Notes under the pieces: generated by a model
Told to the model about the DNA's origin: nothing
The model's database searches: none
What the model saw: only the letters and a program-made list of their open reading frames with translations
Part shown: piece after piece, positions 51,697-64,000 of the stretch
Layout of the letters: every line of letters starts with the position of its first letter
Numbering within the stretch: the stretch's first letter is position 1
Program-made: the position numbers and the translations under genes
Source of the DNA: Octopus bimaculoides
Taxonomy: Eukaryota
NCBI RefSeq assembly: GCF_001194135.2
Contig: NC_068984.1
Coordinates: 1,704,782 to 1,768,781, forward strand
Length of the DNA stretch: 64,000 nt
Direction: 5' to 3'

Positions 51697-53244
51697 CAAA
51701 CACATGATATATATGTCATATTTGTATGTATGCAACGTCTGAGCGAGCTTGAACCTTGCCATCATGTGATGGTTGTGAATGAACATCATCATTGCTTCTT
51801 TCCCAGTCATGAAAAACATGTCTGACCATTGGGAGATACTACTTTGCTTTTGGCAGCAGGAAGGGGGAAGGAAAATCTACCTCTACGAATTTCATCTGAC
51901 CTCTGCAAGCATGGGAAAACGGGCATCGAATGATGATGATGATGATGATGAAGGAGCACAGACTGAAATGTTGAACGCCATTCTTTTCTCTTTCCTTTCA
52001 GTGTAATAAAGTACATTGAAAGGAGGAAGAAAGCCTTCACATACATATATGAACATACATACATACATGCATACATACACACACACATACATACACTCCC
52101 ATTCATGTTTGCATACATACACACACACATACATACATTAAATTGAAAGCATTATCGGTTATTGCCATTGTTTACCCTTCACTTTCAGTGTAGTTTGTTT
52201 TACTTCGCCCCCCCCCTCGCCCTCCGCCATTTTATATGTACAAAGTTCGAATGATCGCCCGTCCTTCTTTGAACAATAAATCCATCTGCACTAAGCAGTG
52301 AACAGTAGACAGGCGACCGTCAGGTCAGGTTTAATTATGTAAGAAACTATTGTTAAACAGAAAGTAAATAGGATTTATAGCTCGACACAGATCTAGCCTG
52401 AAGCTGTCTGCTTCCCTATAATTAGGGGCCGATACAATGTGTAATAACAATAGTTGGGAGGAGGAAAAGTCATTTTAGATTTTATAGAACGTTTCTTTTT
52501 GTTTTTTTTATTCATTGTAATGAATAACACCTCTTGCGATATTTTCTTCCTCCACGAAAACATAATGATGTGTTTACACAAATGAGATGGAAGCATTCAC
52601 ATTCAAAGGAAAGACGAATGGGTTCTGTTACCAGCATATAACATAGACAAATCCAGGGACGATGTGCTGAACAATCGGTATTTGTCCATAGGAATACAGA
52701 AATGGAGAATGTTGTGAAGACGGCGGAAGAACTCTGTTCAGCGATACGCGAAATGTTGGAGAAAGAAGAACAATTTAGCGCCAGTTTGGACAGCAATCTT
52801 CGTTGTGGCTAAAGTATGGACGTGATTAAAGATTCAAATCTTTAATCGATTGGTTCTGAGACGGTGCGCTACTGGCTGTAGCTAAGAGCGGTGTGGATAT
52901 TTAGAAAAAGTTATTAAAGCTTTAAAGAAATTTATACAAGCAACAGAGCATCTTGGAATAGCGTAATGTTATTCTGTAAGTTAAAAGCAGAAAAAGAATT
53001 GATAAAATTAAATATGATTAAAAAAGAACAAAGTAATTTAATTCATTTTCAACTTTAAAAAAAAAAAATTTCCATGTGAAGAGTACCAGTAAATTTTATG
53101 TGATCTCTGGTCTACCATGAAATTTAGCTCTGCATTTAAGCAGACTAAGGGGCATGATATATTGTAAGTGGGTATTTTGTGAATACTTTGAAATACAAAC
53201 CCTATATCTTTATTATCACATTACAACATCTGATTTCCCAATTT

Positions 53245-54671
53245 TCACTCGCACATCAAAACTATAAAGCCACTGACACATTTCCATTTCTTTCCAGATT
53301 GTTTCGGAAAATATTCGACTCAACCGTATTCACCGTGATCCAGATTACATTTCCAGTATTCCTAAAGCTACAAAGCTTTCTGAAACTGAACAAGGGAAGA
53401 TTCTTGCATTGAAAGCGGAAGGAATAAGTAACTGGAAGATTGCCAAGAAGACTCGGCGAAGCAGAACGTCAGTGGGCAATTTTCTGAAAGATCTTGAAGG
53501 CTACATCAAAAAGGGATGAAAGGGCCATTGTCAAAGCTGTGAAGAAGACGCTGCTTTTCTGTTTCCAAAATCAAGACATCAGTAGGAGAAGGAGCCTCCA
53601 CATCCCCCGTAAGAAGAGTGATTTTGAACCATGGTTACCAGGGCTGGTCCCAAGAATTTTTCGAAGGGAGGGCACAAGATCTGAAGGGAATACAATCCTA
53701 GGAGAAAAGGGCGTGATAACATTATCTAGAATGGCGCACGTGCTCCTCAGCTCCCCATCCTTGGATCCGCCCCTGGTTACCATCCGAAGAAGCGGCTATG
53801 GCGTCTGTTATCGTCCCCCTTCCCATAAAGCTGTTAGATTGGAGTTTGCTCGGCAGCATCAGATGTCGGATGGTGAATGGACCAGGGTTTTGTTTTCTGA
53901 TGAGGAAAAATGGAACTTGGGTGGCTCCAACGGTTATAAGTATTACTGGGCAGATAAATGTATGCAAAATTCTACTTATTCCAAGAGGCAGAACAGCGGA
54001 GGAGGTCTAATGGTGTGGGGAACAATATCTGCCGATGGGAAGCTACCACTTGTCATCATGGATGGCCGCTTCAATGTTACACAATACATCGACATATTCC
54101 AACAGGACAATGCTCCAATCCATAAAACAAAGGCAACTTTGAATTTCCTCCATGCAATTGGGGTTGAAGTCATGCCATGGCCAGAAAAAAGTCCCGACCT
54201 TAATCTTTCATAGAATTCCTGAGGATATCTCCCGAATGTTGTGTATAGCGAAGGTAAGCAGTATTCATTTGTTGATGAACATCAAACGGCAATAAAGAAG
54301 GCCTGGGAAGAGCTTCCATTTGATCTGCTGCTGAGGTTGATTGGGAGCACGAAATCGCGTGTCTTTGAAGTAATTCAGAAAGGTGGTGGTCAGACACACT
54401 ATTGTTGATGTATTGCATGAGAATATCATTGAAATATCTCATAACTTCCCTGTTTTGCATCATTTTTGCAACATTATTCAATCTGGCGTTATAGTTTTGA
54501 ACAGGGGCTTTCAAATGTATGTTTCTTCCAATTATCTAATTTATTTGGGATTTCAATAAATTCTTTTATTCCATTTTCTATCTAGAGGTGAGTTTCATGA
54601 ATCTGGGTAGTATAAGTTCGCTAGAAAGAAAAAAAAAGTGCTCTGGCTTTATAGTTTTGAAGAGCAGTTTA
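53245..54671 (+). mobile_element. Tc3-like (DD34E) transposon, decayed
   Basis: PKATKLSETEQGKILALK...RRSRTSVGNFLKD (Tc3-like HTH), VLFSDEEKWNL, GGGLMVWG, FQQDNAPIH, WPEKSPDLN. Terminal motif tcaaaactataaagcca inverted at both ends, with an inner repeat near 54485. Confidence 0.85.
53641..53773. mobile_element. 133-bp MITE nested in the Tc3 ORF
   Basis: 9-bp duplication tggttacca (53632-53640 and 53774-53782); TIR-like gggctggtcccaag / cttggatccgcccc. A 9-bp TSD suggests a Mutator-like element. Confidence 0.7.
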
Positions 54672-54723
54672 CATACATTGGAAGTTATAGCAGCAGCATA
54701 AATAAAGCTTTTTCGTGGTGATA

Positions 54724-54755
<32 letters not shown>

Positions 54756-54854
54756 AACAATCCCCTTATAATAATATAATATAAGAGAATTTATTCAGCA
54801 GAGCATAGAAAGTTGGAAGGTTGAGCTAACGTGATGTGGTAAAGCATTTAGAGA

Positions 54855-56612
54855 GGTCAGAATCAAGAAGAGATAAACCATACGGACCGGGAAACGAGGA
54901 AGAAAATGACAATGTATGGAGCTTTACGTCCTAAAAGTGACATGCATAGGATATACTTACCACGAGAAGATGGAGGAAGAGCCGTGATAGGCTGCGAAGA
55001 TTGCATAAGAAGTGAAGAAAATAGTCTTGGTTGGTGTATTCGGAACAGCAGAAACCCATTACTCATGGGAGTTAAATTGGCTGGGATCATAGACACAGAG
55101 TCTTGCACCAATAAAGAGGAGTTCAAGAAAAATGAAGTTAAAAAAAAGACTGCGATGTTGAAAGACAAAGCGATGCATGGGAAGTTCTGAAGACATATGG
55201 ATAAAGACTCTAATTTTATAAAGATAGACAAATATGAGACATGGGCCTGGATGATGGAAGGAGATTTGAAAAAAGGAATGGAAGCTCTTATTTGTGCTGC
55301 TCAAGAGCAAGCATTAAGAACTAACTACATAAAATTCCACATTGACAAAACGATCGAAATCGCCATTGTGCAGAATGTGTGGTAATTTTGAAGAAACTCC
55401 AAACCACGTTGTATGTGAATGAAGGTCTTTGGCACAGCAAGAATACACGAGATGGCATAACAATGTTGCTGGAATTGCACATTGGTGGTTTTTATGTGGG
55501 AAATACAACTTGGAATGAGTTGACAAGTGGTATGAACACCAACTGCTGGCTGTAATGAAAACTGATATGGTGAAATTGCAACGGGATTTCAATGTGCAAA
55601 ATGCAACAATGTGATTGAAGCAAGAAGACCTGATTTGATGATGATTGAGAAAGAAGAAAGATATTGGGTGGATTATTGACATCGCTGTCGCAGGAGATAC
55701 CCACGTGGCAGAGAAAGAGAATGACAAAGTGGACAGGTACCAAGATTTGAAGCACGAGTTAGCACGTTTTTGGGAACTAAGGAATGTGGAGATTATACCT
55801 GTTGTGAGAGGGGAACTTGGAAACATGACAAACCAGTTTCAGAAATGGTTTGTCAAACTTGGACTTACTACCAAGACCGAGATGCTGCAGAAAACAGAAC
55901 TACTTGGAACAGCGAGGATTGTGAGAAAAGTTGTGTCAATGTAAGTGGAATGAGAAAGTTGAGAGGACCCATGGTCATTACTTATGACTCACACCTGATA
56001 AAGAGATATCGAAGTGTGGTATAATGTACCTGAAAAGAGGTAAAGTACAGTCCCTAGCAGGGATAGAATTAATTACCTAATAGAGAAGCGATTAAACAAA
56101 TTAAAAAGGAAGGCTATAAATACCTTGGCATGCTAGAGTTCAACGAAATCAGGAGGAAGGAAATGAAGGAACAACTGAGGATGGAATATTTCCGAAGACT
56201 AAGATTGGTGTTGCGCTCAAAATTTACCGGATGGAATAAAATCCAAGCTGTTAATACGTGGGCAATAGCATCACTTCGGTATGGAGCGGGAATTATAAAA
56301 TGGCAAAAGAGAGAAGTCATGGAAATGGATACCGAAACAAGAAAAATATTGACAGTATATGGAGCCTTCCAACCTAAGAGTAACACCAATAGGATGTATT
56401 TATCCAGAAGAAAGGATAGGAGAGGTTTGATCAGTTGCCAGGATTGTATCGAAATAGGAAAACAGCTTAGGGTGGTATGTAAAAATACCGTGGAACCATT
56501 TTTGAAACGTGTGAAGAAGTCCGGCGTCATTAAAATTGATAACTGAATAAAGAAAGAAAAACTTAATGAGGAAAAGAATACACACACACACACACACAGA
56601 CACACACACACA

Positions 56613-56666
<54 letters not shown>

Positions 56667-58811
56667 AAACAGCATGGAAAGAGGAAAGAATGTACGGTCA
56701 GTTTGCAAGAGATACGGACTCCAAGACAAAAACAGAAGACCAGTGGATATGGACGAGGAGGAGTGACCTGAAGATAGAGACAGAAGCATTTATCTGTGCA
56801 GCACAAGAATAAGCGTTAAGGACTAACAATGCGAAGTGCCGAAGCAACACTACCGACAGCGACAAATGCAGAATGTGTGATGAGAGAAGTGAAACGGTAT
56901 GGTACATCGTTAGCGAATGCCCCAAATTGGCACAACGCGAATACAAAAGACGCCACGACAATGTGGCAAGAATGAACCATAGGAGCTCTGTGGAAATCAC
57001 GGCTTACAAAGAGCAAACCTCAGAAGGAGTCACCGAGAATGAAGATTGCAAAATCCTGCGGGATGCAATGATTCAGTGTGATCGCTTGACCAGACATAAG
57101 AAACTGGACATTGTTGTGGTGAATAAAAAAGAAAGACTTCCGAGGAGACTCTTGTTCACTTCTGTTACTTGTTATAGCCTTGATCCCATTTTCTGTAGTC
57201 TTACGTAAAATCAACGTGCAGTATGAACTGAGAAAGGACAGACCTCGTCTCAACCACCTTCTCTTCATGGATGATTTAAGACTGTTCGCAAAACAGAGCC
57301 TGAAATGGAGAGGCTGGTTAAGACTGCAAATGAGCAGCAATGATATAGGGGTGGAATTCGGTATCTCGAAGCGTGCCTGTACTTACTTTGAAACGGTGGG
57401 GGGGGGGAGTAAATTGTAGGGGCATAGAATTGCCAAACGGAAAGAGAATGGAAGACTCGGATGATGATGGGTACAAGTACTTTGGGATCCTGCAGCTGGA
57501 CAATATCTGGCACAGAGAAATGAAAGACAAGGTCATCACTGCATATTTCAAGCGACTCAAACTTCTCTTGAAATTGAAGCTCAACTCAAGGAACCTTGTG
57601 ACTGCTATCAACATATGGGTTGTTGCTGTAGTCCGCTATAGTGCACTCATCCTGAGATGGACACAAGCGGAGATTGACCAACTCAATCACACTGCCTGAA
57701 AGACAATGACAATGCATGGTGCCCTCCATCCTAAGGCAAATGTATACAAGCTCTAGATGAAGAGAGGTAAAGGTGAATGTGGACTGATTAGCGTACGGGA
57801 GTGCATCAGCAGTGAAAGAAGAAACATGGCAGAATATTTGGTAAACAGCAAAGAAGACCTGCTACAGTATGCTGCTAGTGCAGAAGCAATTACCAAAAAT
57901 GGACTTGAGAGTGCTCATGAATTCCGATCACGAACAGCCAACGAGAGAAAAGAAACCCTACTCTGTATGGAATTACATGGTCAGTTCCACTGTGAGACCA
58001 ACAAATTAAAAGACCAGGAAGCATTATGGAGGTGGCTAAACAAGGGTGACCTAAAAAAGAATACTGAAAGCCTAATCGTTGCTGCTTAGGACCAGGCATT
58101 GAATACCAACTCAGTGAAAAAGAATATATAATACACAAGTGCATCGGACTTCTACAGAATGTGTGGGAAGAGGGTCGAAAGTGTGACTCACATTGTTAGT
58201 GCTTGTGAATGTCTTGCACAGAAAGAGTACAAGCGTAGACATGACAATGTAGCCCAAAACCTCCATTGGCTACTATGCCGTAAGTATGGATATGCAGTTA
58301 CGGGCTTTTGGTACCAACATACATACACTGGAAATGGTAATGGAAAGCAAAAATCCTCTGGGACTTTGATTTCAAGACAGACAAAGTGTTAGTGCACCGA
58401 AGGCCGGATATAGTAACCTTTAGGAGGGACAAGCAAGGCTACCTAATAATCGACGTAACAGTGCAAGATCAACACATCATCATCAAAGAAAGAGAAAAAG
58501 TTGATAAATATGGAGACCTGAGAATTGAGATTGCTAAGATGTGGCAGCTATGAGAGTCAAACAAATAGGTTATCTCTATTGTCATCGGAGCATTGGGTTC
58601 AATACCACCCAATCTGAAAAAAAAAAAAACGTCTGAAAACCTTAGAAATACCTTACAATCTAGGTGTATTGCAAAAGTCGGCATTACTTGGAACTGCACG
58701 CATATTGCGTAAAGTACTGTCTGTCTGAGGTCCTTGTTGTGACTTGACAAACAATACAAATCAACAACCTCACGATACTGTGTACTGTGCGACGTCTATA
58801 ATAATAATAAT

Positions 58812-58895
<84 letters not shown>

Positions 58896-59729
58896 CATGG
58901 AAGGAAAAATGTACGGTTAGTTTGCAAAAGATGTGAATGCCAAGAGAAATACAGAAGACCAGTGGCTATGGATGAGGAGGAGTGACCTGAAGACAGAGAC
59001 AGAAGCACTCATATGCGCAGCTCAGGAACAAGCTTTAAGGACCAACTATATGAAGTGCAGATTAGACAACAACACTACTGATAGCGACAAATGCAGAATG
59101 TGTGGTGAGAGGAGTGAAACGGTATGGCGCATCGTTAGCGAATGCCCCAAATTGGCACAACGTGAGTACAAACGACGCCATGACAATGTGGCAAGAATGA
59201 GCCATTGGGAGCTCTGTGAAACCACGGCCTACGAAGGGCAAAGCCTTGGTATGAACAAACCCCCAGAAGGAATCACCGAAAATGAGAATTGCAAAATCCT
59301 GTGCGATCACCCGACCAGGTATCGGAAACCGGACATTGTTGTGGTGAATAAAAGAGAAAGAACATGTACGATAATCGACATAGCATGCCCCGGTGACAAC
59401 AGGATCGATGTGAAAGAAGAAAAAATAAACAACTATGACAATTTAAAGTGGGAAATACGAAGGTTGTGGTCAATGAAGAGAAGAGACGTGATACCAAAAG
59501 TAATTGGTGCTCTTGGAAGTATCAGCACTCAACTACCAACATGGCTGGAAAAGATTGGTGCAAGTGTGAAGGTAGGAGACCTACAAGAATCAGCATTGCT
59601 TGGAACTGCAGGAATTCTTCGCAGGGTTCTTGAAGCATGACCAGTAAACAAGTGTCAGCTTAGTCTGCTGGCTCTAGACAGCTGACACTTTCTATTATAC
59701 CCAGCAAAATAAGCTGTGAGTTTTCATAA

Positions 59730-59760
<31 letters not shown>
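54855..59760 (+). mobile_element. Cluster of four R4/Dong-clade non-LTR retrotransposon fragments (about 54855-56045, 56100-57140, 57160-58800, 58890-59760)
   Basis: RT motif LNHLLFMDDL; CCHC knuckle CRMCGERSETVWRIVSECPKLAQREYKRRHDNVA; REL endonuclease RKPDIVVVNK...IIDIACPGD; (AAT)n and (AAC)n tails. Confidence 0.9.
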
Positions 59761-59762
<2 letters not shown>

Positions 59763-60257
59763 CTTTTCTACTATAGAGATATGGCCTGAAGTTTCAGGAG
59801 AGGGTTAACTAATTATATCGATCCCAGTGCTTAACTGGTATTTATTTTATCGATCTCGGTGTGCTAACGATTTTGTCATCTCACCGCCTTCATAATAATG
59901 ATGATGATGATGATGATGATAGTAATGGTGGTGATGATAATGATGATGACGATGATGATGGTGGTGATGATGATGATCTCTTATTTAAATAATGATAATA
60001 ATAACATCTAACGGGGTGGAGTGGGGCATTATAAGAACCATTTACAATTTAAGAGGAATCGGGGGAAATGAAAGTAGAAGAGGGAATGAAATGAGAGAGT
60101 AGACATGGAAGCTGCAGACCAATTGATTCAGGAATACCCGGACCACTAACGGCATAAATTCTCAGCGGCCGGATGTTCTTCACCAATTTAGAAGCGCACT
60201 AGTTTTCTTCTTCTCAACCGTTTTTTCCACAGTCACCCACCTTTTGATTGATTCTCT

Positions 60258-60293
<36 letters not shown>

Positions 60294-61879
60294 TTCCCAC
60301 TCCACTCTCGTTTTCCTTTCCAAGTGAAACTTGAAAAAGTCGACGGAGGCTTGACCAGAAGTTTTTATCAGCCCGCAATCCTTTCAGCCTCGCCTATGGC
60401 ATAACTTCTTTCGGCCATACCCACGTGGAGCACTTCATGCTCTGCTTTTTTAAAGGCAGATGCTTGACCGATCCTCGCGATGGACTCATCCAGCAGTCGG
60501 GTTCGTCCTAAACACAATGACAGTTATTCGACATAAGCCACAACTCAGCAAAGTTCGAGCACTGCACAAGCGCGTACGGTTTCATTGATCTGCGAGCATC
60601 TCGGAGAGTCTCGCTTGGCAGCACTTTCATGGCTACAGAGTTAATCTCAAATTACAGAAGCACTGCCAGACCAAGGATTTCTGGAAGTTATCTAATAGCA
60701 GTCTCCAGCCCGAAAGTTCTCCAAAACAGATTACCTAATTCGACTTCGTCGTTGTGTAAAGTTTCCTAGAGAACTTAATCGTTTTTTTACTTACCATGAT
60801 ATCTCTATGGTTAAAATAGAATTTCTACTGACGGTGTTGCCCGACTGGTAAAGTGGGGTGAGTCCCTGACGACATTCCAGGTGCCAAATGACTAATCCTG
60901 GTCTTTTCTTAATCCAAGTCTGCAGTTCTCTCAAAGAGATGAGCTGCGGAAAAACGCATCTAACAAACCGAGACCAGATCTGTTCACTATCCAGGAAAAT
61001 CTATGAAAAAATATCAACCGTGACCATTCCGTCGTTTTTTTAAGAAAAAGCCTTTCAACCGTGCCCATCCTGTCTTTTCAAAAATGTTCCGTGACCAACA
61101 TACGTTTCAAACGGCAGCAACCATTTTACTATTAAGTCTTTATGCAGTGGCATTCCTGGCTACATCAGTTATGTAATGAGATCGATTGAATCACCAATAC
61201 CCCTATCACACATCAAACAGGCAATAATGATCGATAAAGGTGTCTTTGATTGGCACAAGGGCATCGAAGTAGGAAGATTACTTAGACGCAAAGTCAAAAC
61301 GTTTCAATGTGTGTGGAGGTTGGGGTAAAGGAAAGAATGCAAAAAAAACAACAACAACAACAACAACAGGATTATAAATATAACAAGTAAAATAATAAAT
61401 AATTAAAAAATAAAATGCATAATAATATTGTAAAAGGAGACAGTAAAATAGGACAAAAAAAGAGGCCCGCGCAAACCCCGCGTTCCCATCTCAACACAGA
61501 CAACAGGGCCACGTGTAGATCTAGAGCAATAGACTTATGGGTCTAAGACAGGAATTTATTGGATTGATAGAATCGGAGAAAAAGACTTGTGGTATCTAGT
61601 TAGGATTACGATCTGAGTTCGAATTCCGCTGGACCGGGAAACTACAACTTAAAGTATTGCGATAAAGTATCGTAGAAACGAATGGAATTATAGCAGAAGA
61701 TTAAGAAGAATGAAGAGATAATCAGTGTATAAACGAGATATGAGAGCTGAGACGTACATCGTCGCTAATCTCACCACTTTCACCCGTCTTTGATGAAAAT
61801 TAAACAAAGATTAAAATAAATAAATAAATTAATTAATTAATAAATCGATAGATGAATAAATAAATAAAAGGAGACTTAC

Positions 61880-62039
61880 ATCTCGAAGAAATTGCGTTGA
61901 CAAACCTTGTTGAATTCCGACAGATATTATTGCTGTTTATGTAGAAACTGTTGAGTACGTTTTGAAAATCCACCCCGGCCGCACATTCTGGACTTACTTC
62001 AACAACTAACAAAACCAGTGAAAATATCAACATTAACAT
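61880..62039 (-). CDS. Probable exon 1 of the S1 protease (signal peptide plus pro-region)
   Basis: ATG preceded by an in-frame stop; hydrophobic MLMLIFSLVLLVVEVSPECAA; donor gtaagt at 61879, phase 1, compatible with exon 2 (joined CDS 903 nt, 300 aa). The link across an 11.7-kb intron is inferred. Confidence 0.65.
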
Positions 62040-62342
62040 CGTTCATATATCACAGCAGACGTCAAGCAGACGGTCTTTACCTGTAAATCTATACTGTTTC
62101 CTCTCTTTCTTTTCTACACTACCCTCTAATATCCTTTTATCTCCTGCTTTTCCTCCAAATATTTGTTGCTCTTTCTCTCTCAACCTTCTCCCTCTTTTCT
62201 ATATTATTTACTTCCTCACAACATTTTTTTTTTTCCTTCCTTCCCCCTCCCAAAAAGAAAAGCTCTACATTGTATTTGTCCCATCTTCGTTGAGCCCTGT
62301 GTGGCTAATAAAAGAAATGTATCTATCTACTTACCTACCTAC

Positions 62343-62385
<43 letters not shown>

Positions 62386-62394
62386 CCTATCTAC

Positions 62395-62428
<34 letters not shown>

Positions 62429-62899
62429 CGCTCTGTCTTTCTGTCTGTTTCTCCACCCCTCTCTCTCTACATCCCCGCCTCCCGCACAAATATCTTTTAT
62501 CTTTTACTTCTTTCAGTCTTTAGACCTCTGCCATGCTGGAGCACCGCTTTGAAGTGCTTTAATCGAACAAATCGACCCCCGTGCCTATTTTATGACGCCT
62601 TGTACTCATTATATCGGTATCTTTTTCCGAACTGCTATGTTACGGGGAAGTAAACAGACCAAACACAAAGAAACATACATACATACATACGCATATATAT
62701 ATATACGTGTGTGTGTGTGTGTGCGTGCGTGCGTGTGCGCGTGTGTGGTATCCTTTGACGCAGGTCCTGTAGACTGTAGTGATATGCTTGGTGCTCTCAG
62801 TTCGCTGTTCCCGCCCTCTGCGGTGCCCCTTGTCAAGCTCTTCTGACGCTAAAAGAAAGGGAATTTGTAAGGCCTTTCCTGGTGGGTGTACAGAATGTA

Positions 62900-64000
62900 A
62901 TTCTGCCGGTCAAGAGTCTTACAGCACCTCCTCGCAATGCGTCATGGGAAACCGGGTACCTTGGAGTCCCAGCTAAACTGTGAAAGATCTCGGTGCGTGC
63001 ATGACCTACCAGTTGGTGGACAAGCTCTTCTACTTCCTAATTCACCTTCTACTGCCTCGGAGGGTGTGTCTATATAGGCAAAGGCGAGAAGAGAACTCTA
63101 AATACAAATTCACCTGTTTCCAAGTAGGTTATGCTTATTTAAGTCTAAATAACCCGAAAAGAAAATCAGGAGTGGCGACTTCTTTGGTAGTAAGACGGAT
63201 ATGTCTCATTCAGACAGCTCTTGCATCCAGCGGTACTTCTCAGATGTCTTGATTCCGACTTTCCACTTGATACCAGGAGAGCAGGAAGAGAGCGCGACTT
63301 TACATATTTGGAAACCCTGTGGTGATGGAGGAAGGGTGTCAATGACAGCAAATCTGTCGGCTCCGGTTATAAGCTTGTTGTTTGGCAAAAGAAGGAGTGC
63401 TGAGCTCCGACAGACCCTTGAGAGCCCTATTCAGAAACTCACAGCTCACCTCTCTCAATACAAGATATCCCCAAAAGTTGTTGCTTCATTTCTTCCTGGT
63501 CAACTGATCACGGCTAATGGTATCTCAAAACCGCATTCAAGATATCAGGACGCCACTGAGTTTGGGTGCATGGAATGCAAGCGTTATGACAGACCTGCAA
63601 GGGAAATAACTCGAATGCACCGATGACAGACCTGCAAGAAGCTTGCTCTTGTTAGTAAAGAATTTCCAACGTACAGTACTGACATAGCTGCTTAAGGGAA
63701 ATAGGTCTGGCTACACATTCTACTGCTCAGGGAATGATAAGGATGACAAGCATGAAACTAGTGTAGCATCTGCAGTGAAGAACAGCCGAGAAAAAAAACA
63801 AAAAAACCTCACCATCATCCCGGAAGTTATAAATGATTGGTTTATAATTCCGAGACTACCAACAAAAGGGAGCAATTTTCTCAACCTTGTAAGCCGCTAT
63901 GTTTCCACGATGGCCAATGATCAAACATCGAAAATGAAGTTCTACGAAGACGCGTCATCCTTAATTTCAGCCATTCCCCAAAAAGAAGAACTCATATTGT
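62900..64000 (+). mobile_element. RTE-BovB-like LINE, 5' UTR and APE endonuclease, decayed and continuing past the window
   Basis: LGAWNA..., SGYTFYCSG...HETSVASAVKN, INDW...LVSRYVSTMAN...KFYEDASSLISAIPQKEELIL resembles the BovB APE domain; 5' boundary approximate. Confidence 0.75.

Noticed and set aside
60780-60900. Minus-strand ATG|GTAAGT donor as an extra protease exon
   Set aside because: The frame is phase 0, preceded by a stop, and reads FGTWNV like a LINE endonuclease start; incompatible with exon 2
61015-61105. Three ccgtgacca-like motifs resembling clustered binding sites
   Set aside because: Resembles the tail of a common dispersed repeat (a diverged relative appears near 3210); no evidence of function

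Overview
AT-rich, repeat-dense eukaryotic DNA, almost certainly an octopus: the tRNA-derived SINE families, (GAT)n-tailed RTE 3' ends and microsatellite load look coleoid, though species is not determinable here. It is a draft assembly with several N gaps. Three host genes are supported. (1) Mitochondrial thioredoxin TXN2 (+), 3 coding exons at 2349-13230; the WCGPC active-site part of the middle exon falls in a gap. (2) An intact, intronless TMEM62 metallophosphoesterase-membrane protein (+, 19746-21755). (3) A 6-exon, 300-aa secreted trypsin-fold S1 protease (-, 62039 to 37823) with a complete His/Asp/Ser triad, a Tyr at the activation P1 site and extra cysteines. The rest is mobile DNA: RTE and RTE-BovB LINEs, an R4/Dong pile-up, Penelope elements carrying hammerhead ribozymes, mariner and Tc3-like transposons, Helitron/HINE pieces, MITEs/foldbacks and SINEs. 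Most interesting: a TSD-bounded Penelope insertion whose terminal repeat joins a tRNA-like Pol III promoter to a minimal hammerhead ribozyme; a 38-bp minisatellite born from a mariner transposase coding sequence; the protease's unusual activation site and a candidate alternative first exon; and several near-perfect intronic hairpins. All calls were read by eye. No database searches were run, and repeat boundaries are approximate unless a TSD or TIR is cited.
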